NCBI GenBank assembly: GCA_020437585.1
Contig: JAGQWG010000001.1
Coordinates: 216,577 to 280,576 of the forward strand
Direction: 5' to 3'
Source: Ignavibacteriota bacterium
GTDB lineage: Bacteria; Bacteroidota; Ignavibacteria; Tepidaquicellales; Tepidaquicellaceae
DNA length: 64,000 bases
Part shown: positions 40,645-47,751 of the stretch, in pieces
Numbering within the stretch: the stretch's first letter is position 1
Layout of the letters: the number at the start of each line of letters is the position of its first letter
The notes under the pieces: generated by a model
What the model was told of the DNA's origin: nothing
What the model saw: only the letters and a program-made list of their open reading frames with translations
Database searches by the model: none
Position numbers and translations under genes: made by a program

Positions 40645-41454
40645 TTATAATTTTGGCAGATAATTAATTAACAATTCATTGTTGTTTGAAATAATTGCCG
40701 AATTGATAAGGAAATACTTCCGTAGATTCTCTTCCGTAATTATGTCATGTGTTTTGCCCGCGAATACCAGCTTCCCTTTGTCTAGCAGCAAGGTCTTATG
40801 AGTATATTTTAGAGCGAGGCTAAGGTCATGCATCACAACCATTATCGTTAGTCCTTTTTCCGAATTTAACTTATGCAATATCGAAAATATCTCATGCTGG
40901 TAATTTACGTCAAGGTATGTCAGCGGTTCGTCAATGATCAATACTTTTTCCTTAAGATCTTCTTTTAAATTCAATTGCACCAATGCAAGAGTAATTAGAA
41001 CTTTTTGCCTCTCACCTCCCGAAAGCTCGGAAATTTCCCTGTCCCTAAAATCCATAATACCTGCCACATCCAGCGCTTCACTTACAACCGATTCATCCTC
41101 CTCATTATACCTAAATTCCGAAAAATTCTTGTAAGAGTATCTTCCCAATAACAGAAAATCTTTTACGGTTATCTTATCCGTAAGCATTATTCCGGACTGA
41201 GGGAGGTAGCATAAGCCCCTTGAAAGAGTCTTCCTTTCATATTCTGCTATATTCTTATCTTTAAAAATGATCTTACCACTTGTATTAGTGTGGATCCCCG
41301 AAAGCAGTTTTACCAAAGTTGATTTCCCGGAGCCGTTCCTGCCGATGATCGAAACGAATTCACCTCCACCAATAGAAAAGGAAACATCCTTAAGAGCGAA
41401 CCTTTCATTGCCGTAGGAAAAGCTAATATCTTCTGCTCTAAGTATCTCACTCAT
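40645..41454 (-). CDS. ABC transporter ATP-binding protein (FecE/BtuD-like)
   Basis: Walker A GRNGSGKST, signature LSGGERQ and Walker B LIIDEP. No permease or binding protein is adjacent. Confidence 0.8.
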   Translation of the reverse strand: MSEILRAEDISFSYGNERFALKDVSFSIGGGEFVSIIGRNGSGKSTLVKLLSGIHTNTSGKIIFKDKNIAEYERKTLSRGLCYLPQSGIMLTDKITVKDFLLLGRYSYKNFSEFRYNEEDESVVSEALDVAGIMDFRDREISELSGGERQKVLITLALVQLNLKEDLKEKVLIIDEPLTYLDVNYQHEIFSILHKLNSEKGLTIMVVMHDLSLALKYTHKTLLLDKGKLVFAGKTHDIITEENLRKYFLINSAIISNNNELLINYLPKL

Positions 41455-42767
41455 TAGTAGAATACCTCGGATTTAGTTTCGCACAGCACAGGTTTTATAC
41501 CGTCTGTTTCGAGAAGGGTTACTTTTTTTATCATGTTTTCATCGGCAAATTTGGGATCGGCTTTTACCCTTATATAATTCGTCGTAAGTCCTTCCCTGTA
41601 GCCGTCTTTCACAGATTCAAATAATACATCCTGCTCCGTCCCAACAAACCTGCTGTAAAAGTCAAATCTCTTTTTATCGGACAATCTCCTTAGTATATGA
41701 CTTCGCTTTTTCCTCACTTCCATGTCCACGCTTCCCGGCATCACAGCCGCATCGGTATCGCGTCTCTCTGAGTAAGAAAATACGTGCAGGTAACTAATAG
41801 GAAGTTCGTTAAGGAAATTATACGTGTTTTGAAACCTTTCTTCAGTCTCACCCGGAAATCCAACAATAACGTCTACACCAATACCAACATCCTTTATCTC
41901 ATCATTCAGTCTGTGTACGAGGTCACGGTAGTATTCCTTCTTGTACCGGCGTCTCATGCCCTGCAGCGTCTCCGCGTCACCGCTCTGAAGCGGTATATGG
42001 AAGTGGTTGCAGAACTTATCCGACGACTTTGCAAAGTCTATTATCTGCTGGTTCACAAGATTAGGCTCGATCGAACTTATTCTAATTCTCTTTATATCCA
42101 GTTTGTCCAACTCATACAGCACGTCCACCAGCCTGTACAATCTTCCATTTTGATATTTATAGTCACCTGTATTAACTCCTGTTAGAACAATCTCCTTATA
42201 CCCTGAATCAATCACCCTCTTCGCGTTGTCTATTACTTCGTTTATCGGCTGGCTTCTTGACTTGCCTCTTGCAAGCGGTATCGTGCAAAACGAGCATTTG
42301 TAATTACATCCATCCTGTATCTTCAAAAACGCGCGAGTGCGCGAATCAATGTCCGCAGAAAAGGCAAAATGGAAATCATTTACTTCCTCGATAGGGGAAC
42401 GGTAAATACATGACGGCTCGCCTTTTTCGAAGCTATCTACATAGTCGAATACTTTGAACTTTTCCTTTGCGCCTAGCACAACATCCACGCCCTCGATCGA
42501 AGCAATCTCGCCCGGTTGTAACTGCGCATAGCATCCTGTAACGATCACATATGTTTCCGGATTATTGCGGAGTATGCTTCGGACGATCTGCCTGCATTCC
42601 TTATCGGCGTTATTCGTCACGGAACAGGTACTGAGGACAAATATATCAGATTCATCACCATATTCCCGTATCTGGAAGCCCCGCGTTTCGAACTCCTTTG
42701 CCAATGTGGAGGTCTCGCTGTAGTTCAGCTTGCATCCTAATGTATGTAATGACACACTTTTAGCCAT
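41454..42767 (-). CDS. mtaB: tRNA methylthiotransferase, MtaB-like radical SAM enzyme
   Basis: N-terminal LHTLGCKLNYSET, radical SAM CNYKCSFCTIP, and a C-terminal TRAM-like domain. Confidence 0.8.
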   Translation of the reverse strand: MAKSVSLHTLGCKLNYSETSTLAKEFETRGFQIREYGDESDIFVLSTCSVTNNADKECRQIVRSILRNNPETYVIVTGCYAQLQPGEIASIEGVDVVLGAKEKFKVFDYVDSFEKGEPSCIYRSPIEEVNDFHFAFSADIDSRTRAFLKIQDGCNYKCSFCTIPLARGKSRSQPINEVIDNAKRVIDSGYKEIVLTGVNTGDYKYQNGRLYRLVDVLYELDKLDIKRIRISSIEPNLVNQQIIDFAKSSDKFCNHFHIPLQSGDAETLQGMRRRYKKEYYRDLVHRLNDEIKDVGIGVDVIVGFPGETEERFQNTYNFLNELPISYLHVFSYSERRDTDAAVMPGSVDMEVRKKRSHILRRLSDKKRFDFYSRFVGTEQDVLFESVKDGYREGLTTNYIRVKADPKFADENMIKKVTLLETDGIKPVLCETKSEVFY

Positions 42768-42840
42768 AGGAGGAAATTTACTAAAAAAGTAATGGAATTT
42801 TAAGGCTTAAATATAGCATTCGGATTGCTATCATAATGAT

Positions 42841-43257
42841 GGAGCCGGATAAGCGGTTCTTCCGGCTGAGCCTCTGACTTTCGCTTCATTCCTTTCCCCG
42901 GGTGAGGATCGGGAGGTGAGGGAAGCTACACGCCCAAGCCCGCCTACATTTAACTTATTTACTCTTCCATAAGCGGTTTCCCGCCGGTGGGTTGATTTAA
43001 AGGACGGTAAGATTCCTCACTTTCTGTACCAATTTACGCATGTTCCAAGTATGGGTTGATTTAAAGTTCGGCGGCAACACTTTTAGTTGTTGGTGACGGT
43101 TCACTTTGTTCACCTAAAACACCAACAACGGCGTTACGGTGTGTTGTCCCATTTTACACATGTTCTAATCCCGTCAAGGACGGAACGCGGATTGTACTTT
43201 CTAAGAAGAAAGCATACCGCTTGTAGGTTGATTAGGTCGGGACGAATCCCGCCTTAA
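42841..43257 (-). ncRNA. Candidate structured ncRNA of unknown family, or a ~490-nt structured 5' leader of mtaB
   Basis: 570-bp gap with no ORF of 60 aa or more on any frame, and visibly more GC-rich than its flanks. Perfect 10-bp stem GTTGTTGGTG (43086-43095) with CACCAACAAC (43120-43129). 7-bp stem AGCCGGA/TCCGGCT (42843-42867). 5' UUCG hairpin. Repeated modules GGGTTGATTTAAAG x2 (plus one degenerate copy) and TTTACRCATGTTC x2. The strand is chosen because a conserved promoter points into it. Confidence 0.5.
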
Positions 43258-43262
43258 ATAAG

Positions 43263-43327
43263 GAAATATAGGGTGAGAAAAGAATGAAAGCAAAGAGAAA
43301 AGGGTTAGATACGTATATATACTTTTT
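43263..43327 (-). promoter_or_regulatory. Palindrome-box promoter copy 4 (orphan), pointing into the structured region
   Basis: Minus strand reads AAAAAGTATATATACGTATCTAACCCTTTTCTCTTTGC, matching 1809-1846 at 37 of 38 positions. TTTG (43294-43291) lies 18 nt after the dyad centre. TATATTTC (43270-43263) follows a 20-nt spacer. Confidence 0.6.
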
Positions 43328-43339
43328 TTTCTACTAACT

Positions 43340-43765
43340 CTATTGCTCTAGTTTAGCTTCCAAATATCCTTTCAGGCTTTTTTCAAGAATACTTGTCCAA
43401 CCAGCTTCGAAGTTCTTCCTGTCAAATTCAGGTTTATCCGGGAATGTCTCCAATCCGGAATGGGTAAGAACCAGTTTTGTCGAGTCACCTTCAGGGAACA
43501 GCTCCCATGAGACATACGATATTCCGGGTTCGCCGTCATATCTCCAGCTGTATACAAGTTTCTTCCCCGGTATCACTTCTATCACTTCACACAGATGAAG
43601 GAATAGTTTATCTTTTTCTCCGGCTGTAAATTCGAACCTGAAACCTTCCTCAGCAATAAACTCTTCCAGGTCAAAATACCATTCCTTCATTTCCTCCTTA
43701 CCGGTTATTGCGCTCCATACCTCCGACACAGGAGCATTTAATGTTATTTCTTTTATCAGTTGCAT
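43340..43765 (-). CDS. SRPBCC superfamily protein (AHSA1/START-like)
   Basis: 141 aa. The pattern VWSAIT..EEMKEWYF...F.F......KLVYSW...T.L.LTHSG is typical of this family. Confidence 0.7.
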   Translation of the reverse strand: MQLIKEITLNAPVSEVWSAITGKEEMKEWYFDLEEFIAEEGFRFEFTAGEKDKLFLHLCEVIEVIPGKKLVYSWRYDGEPGISYVSWELFPEGDSTKLVLTHSGLETFPDKPEFDRKNFEAGWTSILEKSLKGYLEAKLEQ

Positions 43766-44172
43766 TAAGCCTCCGCAACTTCCTTTAGTTTAGCAAGTTT
43801 CTCATCCCAGCCTTTGTTGTGTCCTTCTGACATGCTTTCACCCAGTGGTCCTATATTTTCCCATCCAGTGTGTGTCAGCGTCAGATCCGTTTCTCCATTT
43901 CCTTCCAACTCAATGGATACTTCACTGTCACCTTCAAATTCCGGTAAACGCCACGTGTAAACAAGTTTCTTGTTCTCGACAAGTTCTTTAATTGTGCAAT
44001 TAATTGGAAAAGGTCCCTCGCCCATATCCCCGGTGAAGGCAAAAGACTTTCCCACCTCTGAGACAAAATCATTCGGCATCAGCCATTGGGCAAGCTGCTC
44101 AGTATTGATCAAAGCCTGCCATACTTTCGATACCGGTGCATTTATGTGAACTTTCTTTTCGATCTTTTTCAT
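43765..44172 (-). CDS. SRPBCC superfamily protein (AHSA1/START-like), paralog
   Basis: 135 aa. VWQALINTEQLAQWLMPNDF...KLVYTW...LTLTHTGW. Abuts its neighbours by 1-4 nt. Confidence 0.7.
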   Translation of the reverse strand: MKKIEKKVHINAPVSKVWQALINTEQLAQWLMPNDFVSEVGKSFAFTGDMGEGPFPINCTIKELVENKKLVYTWRLPEFEGDSEVSIELEGNGETDLTLTHTGWENIGPLGESMSEGHNKGWDEKLAKLKEVAEA

Positions 44173-44498
44173 TTCTCTTTTTCTATATAATTTTTTAGTG
44201 AAATTAGTTTGTCATCCCAGAACCTATCGAAGTACTGAAGCCACTTGTTCACTTCCTTCAAAGGTTTCGCATTTACACGGTAATACCTTTCCCGTCCGTC
44301 ACGCCGCGGTACCACCAATTTTGATTCCTGAAGTATCCTCAGGTGTTTTGATACCGCCGGACGGCTAAATTTAAAGTGTCCGGCTATATCATTTACCCGC
44401 ATCTCTTTTTCGGTTAGCATAGTCAATATTTGTCTCCTGCTCGAATCTGCCAGCGCATTGAATATAATATCTATATTTCTATGAGAATTTTTAATCAT
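44169..44498 (-). CDS. ArsR/SmtB family transcriptional regulator
   Basis: IFNALADSSRRQILTML....MRVNDIAGHFKFSRPAVSKHLRILQESKLV. Start is placed at the ATG at 44498. The upstream part of the track ORF is taken up by operator-like dyads. Confidence 0.8.
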   Translation of the reverse strand: MIKNSHRNIDIIFNALADSSRRQILTMLTEKEMRVNDIAGHFKFSRPAVSKHLRILQESKLVVPRRDGRERYYRVNAKPLKEVNKWLQYFDRFWDDKLISLKNYIEKEK

Positions 44499-44502
44499 AA
44501 TT

Positions 44503-44545
44503 GGTAACTTTTCGGTTACACAAAGATACGTAACTTTTTGGTTAC
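44503..44545 (-). promoter_or_regulatory. Two GTAAC-N6-GTTAC dyads, candidate ArsR operator
   Basis: GGTAACTTTTCGGTTAC (44503-44519) and GTAACTTTTTGGTTAC (44530-44545) lie directly upstream of the ArsR ATG. Confidence 0.5.
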
Positions 44546-44578
44546 TTGTCAAGTAGAAAATTATGCTATTAGTGGGAT

Positions 44579-44851
44579 TTATTTATAGGAGAGATTCATT
44601 CTCTTTACGGACACCGCCATTACATTGTTCTTTAAGGCAGGGTCATTCTGAAGTATTGTATTGATTTCCTCTACAGTACAGTCAAATACCGTCAGGCTCC
44701 CCGTACCGTCTTCGTAAGGACCACCAAATTTCAGCTTTCCTTTGTCATTCAGCTCCTTCATATATTCAATATGAGCTAAAAAGATAGGATCATCCGGAGA
44801 GCCCCAGTTATCTCCTTTAGACCAATCTAATATATAATAGTATTCTGCCAT
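44579..44851 (-). CDS. YciI-like small protein
   Basis: 90 aa. HIEYMKELNDKGKLKFGGPY...DPALKNNV resembles YCII. Weak call. Confidence 0.45.
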   Translation of the reverse strand: MAEYYYILDWSKGDNWGSPDDPIFLAHIEYMKELNDKGKLKFGGPYEDGTGSLTVFDCTVEEINTILQNDPALKNNVMAVSVKRMNLSYK

Positions 44852-45771
44852 TATTTCTTGAATATATCTTCCAATGTCTCTTTTAGATGTGGATATTTAA
44901 ATTCAAACCCGTGTTCAAGCAGATATTTTGGAATAACCCGTCTCCCCATTAATATAAGCTCATGTTCCGTACCGATTATCTTCGTGCCTATTTTAAGTAT
45001 AAATGCCGGATTGGGAATGCCGATTGGGACATGCAAAACTTTACGGAGCGTTCTCATCAATTCTGCATTTGTTACAGGTGCCGGACCGGTACATATTATC
45101 ATTCCTTCAGCAGTATCGTTTTTTATCACCCAATCGATGACTCTGCAAAAATCCAGTTCGTGCATCCAACTGATGTATTGTTTACCGCTACCGAACTTCC
45201 CACCCAGACCAAGTCTTGTTACAATTGTGAAAGGCTTAAGCACACCCCCGTCCTTTCCAAATACCAGCCCAATACGCAGATAAACTTTCCTTGTACCCGG
45301 GGTAACAATATTATTGAATGTCTCTTCCCACTTTTTCGCAACTCCAGGCGAAAAACCACCCGGTACGGGAGACGACTCATCCATTATCGCATCTCCCGAA
45401 TCACCATATATCGCGGCTGTGCTGGAATTGATCCATAGCTTAGGAGGATCCGTTGGTCTTAATATTGCCTCTCCTATTATATCAGTAGAATCTACCCTTG
45501 AATTAATAATCTCTTTCCTGTTCTTCTCGTTGTACCTGCAATTAACCGATCTTCCCGCCAGGTTGATCACAACGTCACTACCATCTATCTCTTTAGCCCA
45601 TTCTCCCAATGTTTTTCCGTCCCATTTTACATATAAAATGTTTTTGTCCGGAGACTTTGGATTTCTTGAAAGCACAACAACCTGAATATCGGAATTATAA
45701 AAGTGTTTTATCAGACAACCACCCAGAAAACCGGACCCTCCGGCTAAAATTATCTTCTTTGCCTTATTCAT
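44851..45771 (-). CDS. NAD-dependent epimerase family protein (TIGR01777/DUF1731-like)
   Basis: ILAGGSGFLGGCL, VINLAGRSV and C-terminal P..LLEHGFEFKYP. Confidence 0.8.
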   Translation of the reverse strand: MNKAKKIILAGGSGFLGGCLIKHFYNSDIQVVVLSRNPKSPDKNILYVKWDGKTLGEWAKEIDGSDVVINLAGRSVNCRYNEKNRKEIINSRVDSTDIIGEAILRPTDPPKLWINSSTAAIYGDSGDAIMDESSPVPGGFSPGVAKKWEETFNNIVTPGTRKVYLRIGLVFGKDGGVLKPFTIVTRLGLGGKFGSGKQYISWMHELDFCRVIDWVIKNDTAEGMIICTGPAPVTNAELMRTLRKVLHVPIGIPNPAFILKIGTKIIGTEHELILMGRRVIPKYLLEHGFEFKYPHLKETLEDIFKK

Positions 45772-46496
45772 AAGTATTCGATCTCCGTTTCACTGGTATC
45801 AGTATCATAAATCAATATACCGGGATTAGAATTATCCATCTCCCCGCATAGCTTTCCCTCCTTATTCCAAGCAGAGGATGCACCGTAAGAATCGAAAATT
45901 TCACATGGTCCAACGCTGTTAGACATTATGACATCCATTGAATATTTTTTTGCAATCCCGGGATAATGCGTAAATACTTTTTCAACCCCATTTTTGTTTT
46001 TTACAACACTTGTCAGGTAAATCCCAGAACCAAGTTCATTTGCTTTTTCGGAATGTTCCGGGAGTAATGACTCGTAGCAAATGGCAGGGGTAATATGATT
46101 ATCTTCGAGGGGAAAGACTAATTGCTCATTGCCTTCGGTGAAATAGGGCAGTTCATCCGAATGAAGATATTGCTTTGAATAGAGCCTTCTGTCCAAGCCA
46201 GGCGAAAAGATCACCATGCTTATTCTTACACCGTCATTCGCTCCGGTGGGCACACCTACGCAAACAGTTATATCTCCTTCATCACTCGCATTTTGGAAAA
46301 CATCGAGCCTTTTATCTTCCGGGGAAGTCGCAAGTTCCCCGGCAAGCGACGGTTCATATCCGGTTAATGATAGTTCAGGAAAAACTATAAGGCGCGCTCT
46401 ATGCTCGAGCGCTTTTTTTATAAAGGAAAGGTGATCATTGATATTTTGTTGCATATCACCTCTAACAGGCAGGGTTTGAGCAGCACAAATCCTCAT
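45768..46496 (-). CDS. Carbon-nitrogen hydrolase family protein
   Basis: RLIVFPELSLTGY and AICYESLLPE give the Glu and Cys catalytic motifs. Confidence 0.8.
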   Translation of the reverse strand: MRICAAQTLPVRGDMQQNINDHLSFIKKALEHRARLIVFPELSLTGYEPSLAGELATSPEDKRLDVFQNASDEGDITVCVGVPTGANDGVRISMVIFSPGLDRRLYSKQYLHSDELPYFTEGNEQLVFPLEDNHITPAICYESLLPEHSEKANELGSGIYLTSVVKNKNGVEKVFTHYPGIAKKYSMDVIMSNSVGPCEIFDSYGASSAWNKEGKLCGEMDNSNPGILIYDTDTSETEIEYL

Positions 46497-46499
46497 ATA

Positions 46500-46856
46500 T
46501 TAATTCTTTTTCATCAGCAGGTATGCCTTTGATTTATTGTTCCAGCCGGCTTGTGACTCATATTGTACCTTGTAGATCGTTAGATCAGCCTGGGATTCAT
46601 AGTCAACGAAGTACAGCTTAAAATCTGCCTGTGACTCATAATCTACGAAATACCATAGTCCGTCTTCGTCTGCCTGCGATTCATACCTGACCGTATATAC
46701 ATTGAGGTCAGCCTGAGATTCATAATCAACGATATAGACCTTAATATCCGCCTGCGATTCATATTTTACAGGATATACTTTCTGGCAGAGAGCTATATTT
46801 GTAAAGAAAGCTGTTCCCGACAGTGCAAAAATAAAAATGAGAAATAATTTTTTCAT
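46500..46856 (-). CDS. Small secreted protein built from seven YESQAD repeats
   Basis: Signal peptide, then seven units of roughly 11-15 aa with the core (V/R/K/Q/D)YESQA(D/G). Confidence 0.7.
   Translation of the reverse strand: MKKLFLIFIFALSGTAFFTNIALCQKVYPVKYESQADIKVYIVDYESQADLNVYTVRYESQADEDGLWYFVDYESQADFKLYFVDYESQADLTIYKVQYESQAGWNNKSKAYLLMKKN
46542..46769 (-). repeat. In-frame tandem coding repeats (YESQAD units)
   Basis: GACTCATA/GATTCATA...TCAGCCTG-type units recur about every 33-45 nt on the plus strand. Confidence 0.7.
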
Positions 46857-46904
46857 GATAGTTTAATTGATTCATAGATTAAACAAGCCGGGCATCTATA
46901 AGTT

Positions 46905-47555
46905 TCATTCCGATATATGTTTTCTTCTTATTCTTCTATATGTCTTTATTGAGATAGCCGAAATTAACGGCAATACATATAAACTCATTTTAGCTACCGT
47001 AATATCAAAAAAAGCTAACACCGCCGTGAAGAAAAACATAGCAGGTGTTAAGATCTGAACTTTTGTAATTGACCTTAGCTCTTTTAGGTTGAGATTGTCA
47101 TCAATCAGCCTGTGATTCCTGATCGCATATTCCCAGTGAATGATCAGGATCACACCCAATATTATAAGGTTAAAACAATAGACCTGGATGCTTATATGAT
47201 TATTGCTGTACTCCACCATCATCGATGTCGTGAATGGAATAATGGCAACAAACATGAGAAAAAAAATGTTTATCCACATCAGATTCCTGTCGGATGTGCG
47301 TATCTCTCTAAACTGCATCTGGTGCCTGACCCAAAAAAGTCCAAGTACAATAAAACTGATAAAGTAGTTTTCGAGAACCGGAAGTACCTGTAATAACTTA
47401 TGTATGGTGGTCTTATCATCGGGTGAAAGCGGGGGTACCTGTACGCTTAATATAAGGAGGGTCATGGTAATCGAAAAAACACCGTCAGAAAGTGCTTCTA
47501 TCCTCGAAACACTGTATTTTTCAGGGTCAGGTTGAAATAGCTTTCTGAAATTCAA
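46905..47555 (-). CDS. TMEM175-family potassium channel (DUF1211)
   Basis: RIEALSDGVFSITMTLLIL signature with six transmembrane helices. Confidence 0.8.
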   Translation of the reverse strand: MNFRKLFQPDPEKYSVSRIEALSDGVFSITMTLLILSVQVPPLSPDDKTTIHKLLQVLPVLENYFISFIVLGLFWVRHQMQFREIRTSDRNLMWINIFFLMFVAIIPFTTSMMVEYSNNHISIQVYCFNLIILGVILIIHWEYAIRNHRLIDDNLNLKELRSITKVQILTPAMFFFTAVLAFFDITVAKMSLYVLPLISAISIKTYRRIRRKHISE

Positions 47556-47706
47556 TGGTAAACACTTTATTTAAGAATTTTATAAATATACCTAAAAATG
47601 AAATTTGAAAAAACAGCCTATTTCCCAGCATAATAATGAGCAAATCTTATTAACTGTGTATTTGCAACGGTATTGCGTATATTATATTAACAGAGTTACG
47701 GATTTT

Positions 47707-47733
47707 AACCTCCGATATACCGGAGGTTTTTTT
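47707..47733 (+). terminator. Intrinsic-terminator-like hairpin 19 nt upstream of the DEAD-box helicase start (attenuator or small transcript end)
   Basis: AACCTCCG (47707-47714) pairs with CGGAGGTT (47721-47728), followed by TTTTT. The upstream gene is on the opposite strand, so this hairpin does not terminate any annotated gene. Confidence 0.5.
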
Positions 47734-47751
47734 GTATAATTAAAAAGAACA

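Noticed and set aside
42890-42950. Cobalamin riboswitch. GGGAAGC...CCCGCCTACATT on the plus strand resembles GGGAAGC...CCCGCCACTG.
   Set aside because: The B12-box match is imperfect. The plus strand has no downstream gene. The rest of the riboswitch core was not found on either strand.
42841-43257. RNase P RNA (rnpB) on the minus strand. GAAGAACCGCTTATCCGG resembles the conserved ACAGAACCCGGCUUAUCGG region, and GTAACGCC and ACAGAAA-like strings are present.
   Set aside because: The near-universal GGAAAGUCC (CR-I) element with its bulged U is absent. The putative P4 partner would be AAGCGG without a bulge. The GUAACGCC and ACAGAAA motifs are in the wrong order relative to the GGUGAA-like segment. 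The supposed P4 3' strand is actually the loop of a local 7-bp hairpin. A covariance-model search should still be run.
42841-43257. tmRNA (ssrA), considered because prophages often integrate there.
   Set aside because: There is no GGGG...UUCGAC 5' end. There is no T-arm (GGUUCGAAUCC-like) or CCA-proximal acceptor pairing. No frame ends in an ALAA-type tag.
44521-44534. GATACGTAAC near the ArsR operator resembles the phage palindrome core GATACGTATC.
   Set aside because: Only a 9-nt partial match. It lacks the flanking GTATA/TAACC arms and the TTTG spacing. It is better explained as part of the GTAAC-N6-GTTAC dyads.
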